From positions 22,656 to 86,655 of the forward strand of contig MGGJ01000006.1 in NCBI GenBank assembly GCA_001792345.1: DNA of 64,000 bases. Direction: 5' to 3'. Below are positions 17,907 through 28,001 of the stretch, piece after piece; the first letter of the stretch is position 1, and every line of letters starts with the position of its first letter. The position numbers and the translations under genes were made by a program. The notes below the pieces were generated by a model. The model saw nothing but the letters and a program-made list of their open reading frames with translations. It searched no databases and had not been told where the DNA came from. This DNA comes from Candidatus Woesebacteria bacterium RIFCSPHIGHO2_01_FULL_39_32 (GTDB taxonomy: Bacteria; Patescibacteriota; Microgenomatia; UBA8517).

Positions 17907-19286
17907 TTAGGCTTTTATATATTTATAGCCTTTACCTCTTACAGTACTTAATTTATCCTTAACACCCAACTCATTTAGTTTTTTTCTAAGTTTACTTATC
18001 AACTGATCTATCGCCCAATCGGAATATTTCTCATAGGATTCCTTTCCCCATAAAACAGCACCTGCATCGTCTCTAGTAAGAAGCTTGCCTTCATTTTGTA
18101 AAAACGCGGTCAAAATAGAATATTCCTGTCTAGTAAATCGTTCTTCGACTGTTTTTCCTTTAAAAAGAATTGCACCTGTATTTTCATCTAAATTTAAGTC
18201 GCCATTTGTCTCTGTGCTCGAGTGGGATTCTTTAGGCTCTTCTGTTCCTAAAACGGCGTCCTCAAAAAGTTTTCCAAAAAGATGGTATTGTCCTTTATCG
18301 TCTTTTTTAACAAGACCCAGCTTCTCAAAAAATTTTATATATTCTTTGTGATCTTCAACGTTAAATTCGCTGCCTTTAGCAATTGTTAGGAGTAACTTTC
18401 TCTCTTTATCGCTCCTCACATCTAATATTCCTCTTGAAACAGAACGTAATTCATAATAGTCGAGAAGAAAGTCTTCGAGCTCGTCTCCTGACAAATTATC
18501 ATCTTTGTGTTTGTTTATAACCCTTACGGCTACCTTCAACATATAAGGATGTCCACCACATAATTTTTTTAACACTTGCTTTTGTTTTTCATTAATTTTA
18601 AAAGAGTAGTGCGAAGAAAAATTATCTATCCAATAATCAACGTCTTTATCTTGAGCTAGAGGTACATAAACAATATTTTGTAGTATTGCTTCATTTAATT
18701 CTCCCCATAAAGAAATATTTTCCTTTCTAGTAACTCTCTCCCTCATCAAGAAAATATAGTGGAGTCTGGGGTAAAGCTGACTCCAAAGGCTTTTCAAGTT
18801 ATTGTAGAAAATGGTATTTGCGAAAGTAAGCTCGTCAAACTCCCCTACAAAAAACACTATCTCCAAACCGGAATCTGTTGTCTCTTTGAGGAGGTGTTTT
18901 AAATTTGTAAGTAGTAATGAATAGGTTGCTTTATCATCATCAAATATTTCTGTGTATTTTTGAATCTTATCATTTTTAACATTTTCGTTGTTTGTTGCGA
19001 CCTCAATGAAACTTTTTGCCATTAGTCTTATGTAGCCTGCAAGACTTTCCTCGGTCAGATCAAGAGGTTCTATATAGACTAGAAGGTATTTGTCGTAATG
19101 AGGAAGTTCTTTTTCAAAAAGATAAATATTCTCATTTATAAACTTATTCCACATTCGCCTTCCTGCCATTGGGACCCAAACCGTGGTTACACATTCTCCC
19201 CTTCTCACGGGTGCAAAGATATCCTCTGCATATTTATGCAACGTTTCCGGAGTAACTGGATATAGATACTTATCTTGTGCCGACAT
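17907..19286 (-). CDS. Protein with C-terminal OmpR/PhoB-type winged-helix DNA-binding domain; N-terminal degenerate NTPase-like region
   Basis: C-terminus 'FTRQEYSILTAFLQNEGKLLTRDDAGAVLWG...LISKLRKKL...GKGYKYIKA'; 'FFVGEFDEL' is Walker-B-like but there is no intact P-loop. Confidence 0.55.
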   Translation of the reverse strand: MSAQDKYLYPVTPETLHKYAEDIFAPVRRGECVTTVWVPMAGRRMWNKFINENIYLFEKELPHYDKYLLVYIEPLDLTEESLAGYIRLMAKSFIEVATNNENVKNDKIQKYTEIFDDDKATYSLLLTNLKHLLKETTDSGLEIVFFVGEFDELTFANTIFYNNLKSLWSQLYPRLHYIFLMRERVTRKENISLWGELNEAILQNIVYVPLAQDKDVDYWIDNFSSHYSFKINEKQKQVLKKLCGGHPYMLKVAVRVINKHKDDNLSGDELEDFLLDYYELRSVSRGILDVRSDKERKLLLTIAKGSEFNVEDHKEYIKFFEKLGLVKKDDKGQYHLFGKLFEDAVLGTEEPKESHSSTETNGDLNLDENTGAILFKGKTVEERFTRQEYSILTAFLQNEGKLLTRDDAGAVLWGKESYEKYSDWAIDQLISKLRKKLNELGVKDKLSTVRGKGYKYIKA

Positions 19287-19372
19287 ATTAGTTCTGGTAG
19301 AAAATTGAAAGTCAGCTTAGTCAGTTTGCTCAGATTTTACTCAGAAAAGCGTGTTTGGTCAAGAAGATATTC

Positions 19373-20701
19373 TTAAAATAACGAGGTTTGATCAACTTGG
19401 GTTTCTTTTATGAGATCTTCACCTTCTCGCCAGATTTTAACGGTGCCGAAGACTCCGTCAAACCCGGGTTCGATAACAATATCACCACTCCTTACTTTTT
19501 GGACGGTTTCTGAGACGCGCTGTCCCCCAAATCTCTTAATATCGTCGAAAGGAGTTTTAAGAAGAACTGAAAATTCATTTCCGAACTGATTTATTAAAAG
19601 CTCATAAAGTTCCATTACCTTTTGACTTCCTACTCCCAAGTTGAGGGTTTCTGCGATAATCTCTAAAAGGGGTACAAGCATTACATATGGGGATCGAATA
19701 CCCTTTGAATCTTTAACCCACCTTACTCCAAATTTGTCTGTCTCTGCTGTAGTTTCGGAATCGACAGATGCCAGGGTTTCGACTCTGCTCATTACTCCAA
19801 TAGTTAAAGGTCTTCCACAAACAGGGCACGTCAAACCCAATCTGCGAGCGTCATTTGGGGAATAGACAATATTGCACTTACGGTGTCCAGTATAGTGATA
19901 TTTTCCCTCTTCGGGATAAAATTCTATTGTGTAGGCAATTTCCTCCGGTCCCTTTCCCCACAGGGCACGTCCAATTGCATCATAGGATAACTCCTCCAAT
20001 TCAAAAACAGTAGCTTCGCGTCCCAGTTTTTGCGGTGAATGTGCATCTCCAAAAGAAACAATACGCTTATTTGTCAATTCCGCAATTCTCCAATTCATCG
20101 CAGGGTCGCTTGATAATCCGGTCTCCATTGCAGGAATCTTTTTTTCCAAATCTCCAAAACCTTCAGTTAACGTATCGTATCCACTCATTGATCCATAAAA
20201 TCCAAACCACGGCGTCCAAACGTGCGCCGGAATAATTAAAGCCTTTTCGGTTACTTCTAACGCTATTTCTGCAACTTGGGTAAGTGTCAGACCCATAATC
20301 GGTCTTCCATCGGAAAAAAGATTAGCTCCAAAGCTTGTCAGCCCCTGATTGAACTTTTTTACAGAATCAAAACTCGGCAAGAATATCATCATATGCACTC
20401 GTCTTCCTCTCCCCTCATGGGTATACATGCAAGAAACCTCGCTAGTTAACAAAAACCTTACATCATTATATTTGGATTTTGAAATTGGGATTTGGGATTT
20501 GCGGAGTTGAAAAACACCGCTTTCCGCCTCTTCCAAATTCGCCTCAAGTTCCCGAAGCCACATGGGGTGGGTGAAATCCCCGGTTCCAACCAAGCCTATA
20601 CCCTTTTTTTCTGACCATTCTGCAATTATGGGAATCGTCATAGAAGAAGAAACAGCCCGTGCATATTTGGAATGAACCTCAAGATCCGCTACAACTTTCA
20701 T
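19373..20701 (-). CDS. PHP-domain protein, endonuclease Q-like (TIGR00375-like)
   Basis: N-terminal 'ADLEVHSKYARAVSSSM...GTGDFTHPMW' PHP metal-binding motif; zinc-ribbon 'CPVCGRPL'; in-frame GGGATTT repeat insertion 'LRKSQIPISKSKY'. Confidence 0.5.
   Translation of the reverse strand: MKVVADLEVHSKYARAVSSSMTIPIIAEWSEKKGIGLVGTGDFTHPMWLRELEANLEEAESGVFQLRKSQIPISKSKYNDVRFLLTSEVSCMYTHEGRGRRVHMMIFLPSFDSVKKFNQGLTSFGANLFSDGRPIMGLTLTQVAEIALEVTEKALIIPAHVWTPWFGFYGSMSGYDTLTEGFGDLEKKIPAMETGLSSDPAMNWRIAELTNKRIVSFGDAHSPQKLGREATVFELEELSYDAIGRALWGKGPEEIAYTIEFYPEEGKYHYTGHRKCNIVYSPNDARRLGLTCPVCGRPLTIGVMSRVETLASVDSETTAETDKFGVRWVKDSKGIRSPYVMLVPLLEIIAETLNLGVGSQKVMELYELLINQFGNEFSVLLKTPFDDIKRFGGQRVSETVQKVRSGDIVIEPGFDGVFGTVKIWREGEDLIKETQVDQTSLF
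20471..20500. repeat. Solo copy of the GGGATTT-type repeat (TTTGGATTTTGAAATTGGGATTTGGGATTT) inside the PHP gene
   Basis: A 22-nt exact match to the reverse complement of 11188-11209. Confidence 0.55.
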
Positions 20702-21676
20702 TTAAACGAATTCTACTATTACGAAGATTAAATACAAGACGAGAAGCAATCCCGCCTCCCACCTGTCGAGCCTACCTTTACTTTTAATAAAAAACCAAAA
20801 AGTCAAAAATATCAAAATGAAAGACATCGCCGCTTCGGTATACTCCTCCAAGGCAACAATTCGAATCGGTGTTATCACTGTAGCGACACCTAAAACAAGC
20901 GTAGAGTTTGCGATAATGGATCCGAGTAAATTGCCAAAAAACATCGTGGGCTCATGATCTTCGATTGCCCGGAAAGAAAAGGCCACCTCCGGTAAAGTAG
21001 TCCCGATTGATATGACTATCAAGCCGACCAAAAGTACCGGAATGTTAGCCAGAAGCGCGAGTTGCTGCGCAACCCGAACTATTGCATCCGCAGAACCCAA
21101 AAGGAGCGCCACACCGATAAACAGCCTGCCGATTTCCTTGCTCTTTGCAGAATCTATGTGATTGAAACGCCTAGTCAGTCTATATATGAAACTGGTTTCC
21201 TCCTGTTGTTCCTTGGCAATTTGCATAAATCTCTTCCGAAAAAGACTCGACGAATATGCCCCGTAAACAGACAAAAGTATCATACCGTCAACTCTGGAAA
21301 GTGTTTTATCTAATACCAAAAAGAGCGGCAGCACACCTGCGATAAGTGCGATAATCACATCTTTCTTTAAAAAGCCACCTTGTACATAAACCTTACCGGC
21401 GAAAAATGCCGATAAACCCGCAACCAGGGATATATTTGCAATATTTGCCCCTAACACATTACCGAAAGACAGGGTAGGAGAACCCTCCAGAGCCGATGTA
21501 ATGGCCACAAAAAGTTCGGGCAGCGAAGTCCCGAGTGCAAGTAGGACTGCAGAAAGTGCAAACACTCCAGTATGCGTAACTTTGCTTATCCGTCGAAGTG
21601 AAACAACAACCATATCCGCTGCTTTAATAAGTACAAACGAAAGAATTAAAATGATAATAATAAGTCCGGGTATCAT
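20702..21676 (-). CDS. Ca2+/Na+ (cation) antiporter, CaCA family
   Basis: Two alpha-repeats 'GTSLPELFVAITSA...GNVLGANIANI' and 'GTTLPEVAFSFRA...GNLLGSIIAN'. Confidence 0.75.
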   Translation of the reverse strand: MIPGLIIIILILSFVLIKAADMVVVSLRRISKVTHTGVFALSAVLLALGTSLPELFVAITSALEGSPTLSFGNVLGANIANISLVAGLSAFFAGKVYVQGGFLKKDVIIALIAGVLPLFLVLDKTLSRVDGMILLSVYGAYSSSLFRKRFMQIAKEQQEETSFIYRLTRRFNHIDSAKSKEIGRLFIGVALLLGSADAIVRVAQQLALLANIPVLLVGLIVISIGTTLPEVAFSFRAIEDHEPTMFFGNLLGSIIANSTLVLGVATVITPIRIVALEEYTEAAMSFILIFLTFWFFIKSKGRLDRWEAGLLLVLYLIFVIVEFV

Positions 21677-24150
21677 TTTCTTTTAGTGTGGTCTAATTGT
21701 TCTCTAAAAATATATTTCATAAACTCTATCATTATAAACACAAAGACTCCGGCTGCAAAAATTACTATCCAACTCCCAACCCTGAGGGGATAAAGTCCCA
21801 GAAATTCGCGGGTTGTAGGGAAAACAAAAGGAAATATCTGCATTAGAATTCCTCCCAATACCGCAATATTTAACCACTTATTTTCAAACGGATTCTGCTT
21901 CCAAACAGGTTGTCTTAAGGTGCGTACAGAAAATACAAAAATCAATGAATTTATCCCTAAAGTCGCAAAGGCAACTGATTGGGCCAAAATAATATTTCCG
22001 GTTGTTCTATAAAAGTAAATAAATAATACCAACCCGGTTGTTCCGCCCCAAAGAGAAACAATTAATATTAACTTTTTCATCCAAGAGGCTACCAAAGGTT
22101 CTTGAGAGTTTCTGGGGGAAGCTTGCATAATTTCAGAGCTTCTTGGGTCAATGGTCAATGCTAAATGAGGGAAACCGTCCGATACCAAATTTATCCAAAG
22201 AATTTGTGCAGCCGTAACAGGCAACGGAAGCCCCAACAAAATGCCGCCGATAACTGCAACAATCTCCTCAAAAGCATCGCTCATTAAGTAAAGGACAATT
22301 TTCCTTATATTCTCAAAAATGCCGCGGCCTTCTTCTATGGCAGAAACAATTGTTGCAAAGGAGGAATCGAGAAGTACCAAATCAGCCGATTCCTTTGCAA
22401 CGTCGCTTGCATCCCCTACAACAATTCCGATATCCGCATGTTTCAGAGCAGGTGCGTCATTTACCCCATCCCCCATCATTGCAATCACCTCTTTATTTTC
22501 TTTAAGAGCTCTGACAATTTTGAGTTTTTGGGAAGGTGTGGTTCGTGCAAACAACAATGCATCCGTTGTTTGTAATTTTCTGCGCAAGGTACTAATAGGT
22601 ATTGTTTCAAGTTCACTTCCTAAAATAACATTGTCTTCATCAATATGAATATTGAGATTTTTTAAAACCGAAACCGCAGTCTGTGCATAATCCCCTGTTA
22701 TCACAATTAGTTTTACTCTTGCACTTTTTACTTTCTCGAGCGCATCTTTTACACCTAACCTAATAGGATCCGTAAATGCAACTAACCCAACCCATTCCAA
22801 GTCTCTTTTTACTGCATCGGGAGTTATACCATCCCTCTTTTTACTAACCACTCTTTTTGCCATGCCGACAAGCCGCTTACCTTCTCCGGTTAACCTATCT
22901 ATTTCAACTCTAATTTTTTGCCTCTTTATCTCGGATAACTTAGTCCATTCCAATAAAAACTCCGGCGCTCCGTTCACAAACAAAACTTTCCTGCCGGGTG
23001 AAACGATATTTAGACTCGCAAAAAATCTCTCTTTTGAAGTAAAGGGGATTGAATCAACTCGCTCGTGTTTATCCAAGTATTCGTCAACACCGACACCTTT
23101 CATATCCTTAGTGGTTAAATGTTTATTGGCCCATTCCCACAAAGCAATGACTAGAGGATCGTCCAAGTCGTTGGCTATAAGTGCTTGTTTCGCAATTTCA
23201 ACCTTATCGCCTAATACTTCGACTACCCGCATCTTTCCCTCGGTCAAAGTACCTGTTTTATCAATACAGATAGTGGTTACTCCCCCCAAGGTTTCTGCAG
23301 AAACGAGATTACGAACAAGCCCCTTTTGTTTTAATATTTTTTGCATACCGATCGCCAAAACGACGGTAAGTCCAACCAATAATCCTTCGGGGATAGAAGA
23401 AACGGCTAGAGCAACGCTGGTTGTAAATATTTCTAAAAGCTCACGACCCGAAACCAAACCTACGATAAAAACAAATGCGGTTAAACTAAATACGAGTATT
23501 GTCAATTGGCGACTAAAGTTAACAAGTTGGCGCTTAAGTGGGGTGTCTTCATAGGGTTCTTGAACCTGCAATGCTATTTTTCCTATCTCTGTTTCTTCAC
23601 CTGTAGTTTCAACCAGCAAGATACCGTTTCCTGCAGTTACCACTGTTCCCATAAACGCCTTATCATTCTTCTCCTTCCCCACCGGAACAGATTCGCCTGT
23701 CAATATCGCCTCGGAGATAAACAGATGATTTGCAGACAGTATCTTTCCATCTGCCGGTATTTTATCCCCGGTATTTAATATACATACATCATCGGGAACA
23801 ATACTTTCAACTTCGATTTTCATACGCTCTCCATCCCTTACAACCACTGCTATGGGGTGAATAAGCGCTTTTAATGCAAGAAGTGCCTTACTTGCTCGTC
23901 GCTCTTGGAAAAAACCCAGTACTGTGTTAATTACAACAGCAAAGGAAATAACGGTAGCATCCGTATAATCTCTCAGCATTAATGTAACAATTCCTGCAAA
24001 AAGAAGAATGTAAATAAGGGGGCTTTTAAATTGAGATATAAGGATTGAAAGATCAGATGGAGGAGCAACTTCAGGTAACTTATTGAGTCCAAACTTTTTT
24101 AGACGTAGTTTAGCTTCACTTTCACTTAAACCCGAACTCTTAAGTCGCAT
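21673..24150 (-). CDS. Cation-transporting P-type ATPase (type II, Ca2+/Mg2+-like)
   Basis: 'ICIDKTGTLTEGKM' phosphorylation site, 'MGDGVNDAPALKHADIGI' hinge, TGES-like 'LTGESVPV'. Confidence 0.85.
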   Translation of the reverse strand: MRLKSSGLSESEAKLRLKKFGLNKLPEVAPPSDLSILISQFKSPLIYILLFAGIVTLMLRDYTDATVISFAVVINTVLGFFQERRASKALLALKALIHPIAVVVRDGERMKIEVESIVPDDVCILNTGDKIPADGKILSANHLFISEAILTGESVPVGKEKNDKAFMGTVVTAGNGILLVETTGEETEIGKIALQVQEPYEDTPLKRQLVNFSRQLTILVFSLTAFVFIVGLVSGRELLEIFTTSVALAVSSIPEGLLVGLTVVLAIGMQKILKQKGLVRNLVSAETLGGVTTICIDKTGTLTEGKMRVVEVLGDKVEIAKQALIANDLDDPLVIALWEWANKHLTTKDMKGVGVDEYLDKHERVDSIPFTSKERFFASLNIVSPGRKVLFVNGAPEFLLEWTKLSEIKRQKIRVEIDRLTGEGKRLVGMAKRVVSKKRDGITPDAVKRDLEWVGLVAFTDPIRLGVKDALEKVKSARVKLIVITGDYAQTAVSVLKNLNIHIDEDNVILGSELETIPISTLRRKLQTTDALLFARTTPSQKLKIVRALKENKEVIAMMGDGVNDAPALKHADIGIVVGDASDVAKESADLVLLDSSFATIVSAIEEGRGIFENIRKIVLYLMSDAFEEIVAVIGGILLGLPLPVTAAQILWINLVSDGFPHLALTIDPRSSEIMQASPRNSQEPLVASWMKKLILIVSLWGGTTGLVLFIYFYRTTGNIILAQSVAFATLGINSLIFVFSVRTLRQPVWKQNPFENKWLNIAVLGGILMQIFPFVFPTTREFLGLYPLRVGSWIVIFAAGVFVFIMIEFMKYIFREQLDHTKRK

Positions 24151-24159
24151 ACTACCATC

Positions 24160-24702
24160 CTACCATAGCTTCTCACGTCTGATACCTTGACCCCTCATTT
24201 TATATTCATCCGCTAAGATACCCCTTCCTCCCGTTTGGATATAACCCACCAAATCGTCCAGTGTTTCCTTGTATCTATCTAGTCCGGCCCATAAACCCAT
24301 GGGGGACCCTAAATAATAAACCCGGGTCATCTTCAATATAATACGTCCCTTATGCTCGTTTCTGAGTAAGTTATTTTCTTTAAAGTCTAAAGCATTCCAT
24401 TTTCCCAATAACTCTTTTAGTTCTTCATTCCTCTCACTTGAAGTTAAGCTTGCTGCTACTTCCTCAGGAATTCCTAAACCTCTTTCTATAAGCCGAAGAG
24501 CGAGCAAATGCCCAAAGGTAACACGTTTTACTTTTCTTTCTGAGGGTACTTTCGTCTCTAGGAACGCTAAAAAACAATCTTTCTCGGGTTTTGACTTCGG
24601 ACCAGATTCCAACCATTCTGTTAATGAAGGAGAAATTTCAATATAGCGTTCCATATCTATCAATCCATTAATAAAATTTATTTGAGTGGAGTTAATATAC
24701 AC
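24160..24702 (-). CDS. Hypothetical protein
   Basis: ORF only. Confidence 0.35.
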   Translation of the reverse strand: MYINSTQINFINGLIDMERYIEISPSLTEWLESGPKSKPEKDCFLAFLETKVPSERKVKRVTFGHLLALRLIERGLGIPEEVAASLTSSERNEELKELLGKWNALDFKENNLLRNEHKGRIILKMTRVYYLGSPMGLWAGLDRYKETLDDLVGYIQTGGRGILADEYKMRGQGIRREKLW

Positions 24703-24758
24703 GAATTTAATGCGAAGTACAACTTAATTTACAGTCTCCCAAGACTTAATCAGATTTT

Positions 24759-26489
24759 TTACATTTCGTAGAGTTTTTTGACTTCGGCAACTGTTGTCGC
24801 TTGATCAGGAGACTTGTCATCACGGAAGCGAACTAGACGAGGAAATCGAAGCGCCAGGCCTGCTGAGTGGTTAGGTGACTTAGTAATTTCATCGGCCGCA
24901 ATTTCGACAACCAAGGAAGGCTCAACCCAAAAATCAGGTTGTAGTAGTTTACTCACATCTGCATATTCTTTTGGTTTATCCTTAACTTCCAACCCTGAAA
25001 GGCGTTTTTTAAGTTCTCTAAATTGCTCGTCCGTTAATCCCGTTCCTACCTTTGTAACCGTTTTTATCATTCCACCAGCTGGCGGATCGAGAACCCCAAC
25101 CAAAAACTGACCCAGGCCAAAGCTAACCCTTTTCCCCCTACCGGCCGAGTATCCCATGACTACACAATCTATGGTATCTGCCAGTTTTCCGGAAGCTGCT
25201 TCTTCTTCCTTCATCTTTACCCAACGCCAGCCAGTTCTTCCAGGAATATAGGCTGTATCGTATTTTTTGACTATAACTCCTTCCAAACCAGCTTTAATTT
25301 TTTCTCGATATTCGCGATTTATTATCTCGGGATTATCCGTTACGACTGCGTCATCAACTATTAGAAGCTTGTCATCAAGAATCGTCTTTTTAAGAATCTC
25401 TCTTCGTTCAAAATAAGGCCTATCCATAAAACTCTTACCATCCCTGAAAATAATATCAAACACCTGAAATTTTAAAGGAATACTTTTTGCTTTTTCTTCG
25501 ATATCGTATTTTCTGCGCCTTTGCATTGTCGTTTGGAAATTAGCCATCTTTACCATCTCCGGATCCATTCCCACGGCTTCGGTATCAAGAATCAGTTCCT
25601 TGGCGTTTACATGTTTACCGATTCCCTTGAGCTCGGAAAACATTTCAACTACGTTATTTAAGTTTCTTGTAAAAGCGCTGATTTCTTCCCTTGCACCAAC
25701 CTTTTTGTAGTGGATCAAAACCCTTAAGCCATCAAATTTGGGTTCTACAAAAACTTTTCCCATTTTTTTAATCATTTCAGTTGGACTTTTAATCCTTTGT
25801 GCAAGCATGGGAAGAACAGGAACCCCAACTACAGGTTTAATATTCTCAGAAGCTTTATCAATTCCAAACTGCTTAACTTTTTTTGCTAAAAACCCTACAT
25901 CAGGTACAACTTGGTATGCTTTTTCCAGCTTTGCTTTTTTGCTTTTGTCCCCTACCTCCATCCAACTCAAAGCATCAAGAATTGTTTTATCGCTAAACCC
26001 AAGTCTCAAGCGACCTACTGGAATCCTCGCAACAAAACGTGAAGATTGCGAATCAAGCTCCGACAAAAGCTTTGCCATTCCTTCAATTTTTCTTTCAACA
26101 CTCTTCTCGCCCTCATCTTTAGCTATCTCTGAAAGTCTTTCAAAAACATCAGTAACCGAAAGTTTTGACCTTTGCACTTTGCCCTTTTCCCTTTGTGCGA
26201 GCACACTCGCAGTATTACCAAGATCTCCTTCTCTCTTATAAACCTGTTGTACTTTTTTCTGCTCAAGTCCATAAGCCTTAGCGAGTACTCCAATCATCAT
26301 TCGCTCGGCTAAATTAAAAACAATTCCTTTATAGGCTGGTGCTAAGCTTCCCAAAAGAAGATAAGTAATCTTGTCTACTTCAGTATTTGAGGCCTTTTTA
26401 TAAAGTTCAGCTAAAATCTTTGTTATCTCGATTCGTGAAGAAGTTCTCTCTAATTTTTCAAGGAATGAAGATAGCTCAGCAAATGTCAT
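24759..26489 (-). CDS. lig: ATP-dependent DNA ligase
   Basis: Adenylation motif I 'EPKFDGLRV'; overall ATP-dependent ligase core. Confidence 0.8.
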   Translation of the reverse strand: MTFAELSSFLEKLERTSSRIEITKILAELYKKASNTEVDKITYLLLGSLAPAYKGIVFNLAERMMIGVLAKAYGLEQKKVQQVYKREGDLGNTASVLAQREKGKVQRSKLSVTDVFERLSEIAKDEGEKSVERKIEGMAKLLSELDSQSSRFVARIPVGRLRLGFSDKTILDALSWMEVGDKSKKAKLEKAYQVVPDVGFLAKKVKQFGIDKASENIKPVVGVPVLPMLAQRIKSPTEMIKKMGKVFVEPKFDGLRVLIHYKKVGAREEISAFTRNLNNVVEMFSELKGIGKHVNAKELILDTEAVGMDPEMVKMANFQTTMQRRRKYDIEEKAKSIPLKFQVFDIIFRDGKSFMDRPYFERREILKKTILDDKLLIVDDAVVTDNPEIINREYREKIKAGLEGVIVKKYDTAYIPGRTGWRWVKMKEEEAASGKLADTIDCVVMGYSAGRGKRVSFGLGQFLVGVLDPPAGGMIKTVTKVGTGLTDEQFRELKKRLSGLEVKDKPKEYADVSKLLQPDFWVEPSLVVEIAADEITKSPNHSAGLALRFPRLVRFRDDKSPDQATTVAEVKKLYEM

Positions 26490-26626
26490 AGCAGTTTCAA
26501 GGATACCACGGATTTTAACTCGTGGAGGAATTGAACCTGATATATCATCCTCGCTCAGGCGTGAAACCGTAGATTTCTGATCTGCGGAGGATGTTATTTG
26601 GGTTAATTATACACCTGAAATATGAC

Positions 26627-26836
26627 TCAAACTGGTACTTGTTGGGTTAGATAATTTGAGAAGAAAATATAGGCAAAAATAACTACAGCGATAAAAATAA
26701 TTCCAAATACAATACTTATAATTCCTCCCGATTCCTCGTGCATGATTTTATTGAGTCCGTCGCCAACAAGAGTAAGTCCAAATAAACTTGGAAGTACTAA
26801 AATCATATATAAAAATTGTGGATCTGTTGGCGTCAT
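26627..26836 (-). CDS. Small hypothetical membrane protein
   Basis: Two hydrophobic segments. Confidence 0.3.
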   Translation of the reverse strand: MTPTDPQFLYMILVLPSLFGLTLVGDGLNKIMHEESGGIISIVFGIIFIAVVIFAYIFFSNYLTQQVPV

Positions 26837-26843
26837 TATAATG

Positions 26844-27911
26844 CTACCTACTTGCGATTATATACCTAGATGCTTTTGTTTTTCCCTCCTTTTTTATTAT
26901 ACCTTTATCCATTAAGTCAGAAAGATCTCGTAAAACCGTATCTTCAGAGACCATAGGAAAGATAGATCTCAAGTCTTGCATTATTCCCGAACCAACCTCG
27001 GATAGATATTCTATTAGTTTCATTTGACGTTGAGTTAATGCAACTTGTTCTCCGATTTTTAACTTTAAACGGGAATCAATCGAAAGTTTTCTGACTAATT
27101 CTTTGATTTTATTAAGTTCAACTGCGACAACTTGTGTGAAGTAAGTTAACCAAGCTGTTATATCTCTTGCTGCGATATTTTTCGATTGTTTATCTACTTC
27201 GGCTAAGGCTTCATAATAACTTCCCGGATCGGAATCAAAATGCTCCTCTAAAGAAAAAAAGCGCTTAATGTTATATCCTTCTCTCATCAAAATAAGGCTG
27301 GCAAAAGCTCGAATCGTACGGCCGTTTCCCTCAACAAAAGGGTGAATTGAAACTAAGATATAGTGGGATATCCCCGCCCGAATTATCGGGTGAACATCTT
27401 TTGCTTCTTCGGAATTTAGCCATTCAAAAAAATCTTCCAGCAGATATGGTACTTCGATGGCTGGCGGAGGTTGAAGAATTACCGTTCCTGTTGATTCCTC
27501 TCTGATTATGACCTGAGTTTTTCTTAGAGTACCAACTTTTTCTTGGGAGACAATTTTGTTGACTGTTTCTTTATGAATGTCCAGTAAGCTTTCAACATCA
27601 TAACCTCCTCTCTTTACAGCAAGCTCATCCAACAAGCTCATAACATTTCTGTAATTAATTACTTCCTGAATATCTCTGTCATGAGCAACAACCTCCTCCC
27701 CCTCCAAAACCTTCTTTACCTCGTCCAAGTTCGACAAACCAACGCCCTCAATATGGGTTCCATGGTGGACAGTTCTGGCTAAAGCCTCGCTTCTAAATTG
27801 TTTTTCGTAATAAGGGACAAGGGGTGCATTCTCGATAACTTCCTTCGCAGCTTCGATTGCACCGATATTTTTGAGGATTTTATTAGTAATTTCGAACTTT
27901 GGAGTGTACAT
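26844..27911 (-). CDS. Fic/DOC family protein with C-terminal HTH
   Basis: Fic motif 'HPFVEGNGRTIRAFA'. Confidence 0.8.
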   Translation of the reverse strand: MYTPKFEITNKILKNIGAIEAAKEVIENAPLVPYYEKQFRSEALARTVHHGTHIEGVGLSNLDEVKKVLEGEEVVAHDRDIQEVINYRNVMSLLDELAVKRGGYDVESLLDIHKETVNKIVSQEKVGTLRKTQVIIREESTGTVILQPPPAIEVPYLLEDFFEWLNSEEAKDVHPIIRAGISHYILVSIHPFVEGNGRTIRAFASLILMREGYNIKRFFSLEEHFDSDPGSYYEALAEVDKQSKNIAARDITAWLTYFTQVVAVELNKIKELVRKLSIDSRLKLKIGEQVALTQRQMKLIEYLSEVGSGIMQDLRSIFPMVSEDTVLRDLSDLMDKGIIKKEGKTKASRYIIASR

Positions 27912-28001
27912 TAAGATAATATTACCGCAACTCCTGCGGAAAAAACAACCCCTCTATGAAGTCTACACTGAGTTGATCGAAGTGCTCAGGGCAAGTTTTT
28001 C

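Noticed and set aside
22862-23554. 230-aa ORF antisense to the P-type ATPase gene, and many similar antisense ORFs (e.g. 638..868, 1513..1749, 2772..2987, 25738..26241, 39357..39638, 58609..59103)
   Set aside because: Each is fully embedded opposite a gene with strong motif support. Their compositions are Ser/Thr/Leu-rich, as expected from antisense reading of AT-rich genes.
24160-24702. Possible DNA-glycosylase-like function for the 180-aa protein between the ligase and the P-type ATPase
   Set aside because: No HhH-GPD, Tag or AlkD motif could be identified by eye. Left as hypothetical.
26525-26565. 'GGAATTGAACC' resembling a reverse-complemented tRNA T-loop just upstream of the ligase start
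   Set aside because: No acceptor, D-arm or anticodon arm can be built, and the T-stem pairs at only 3 positions.
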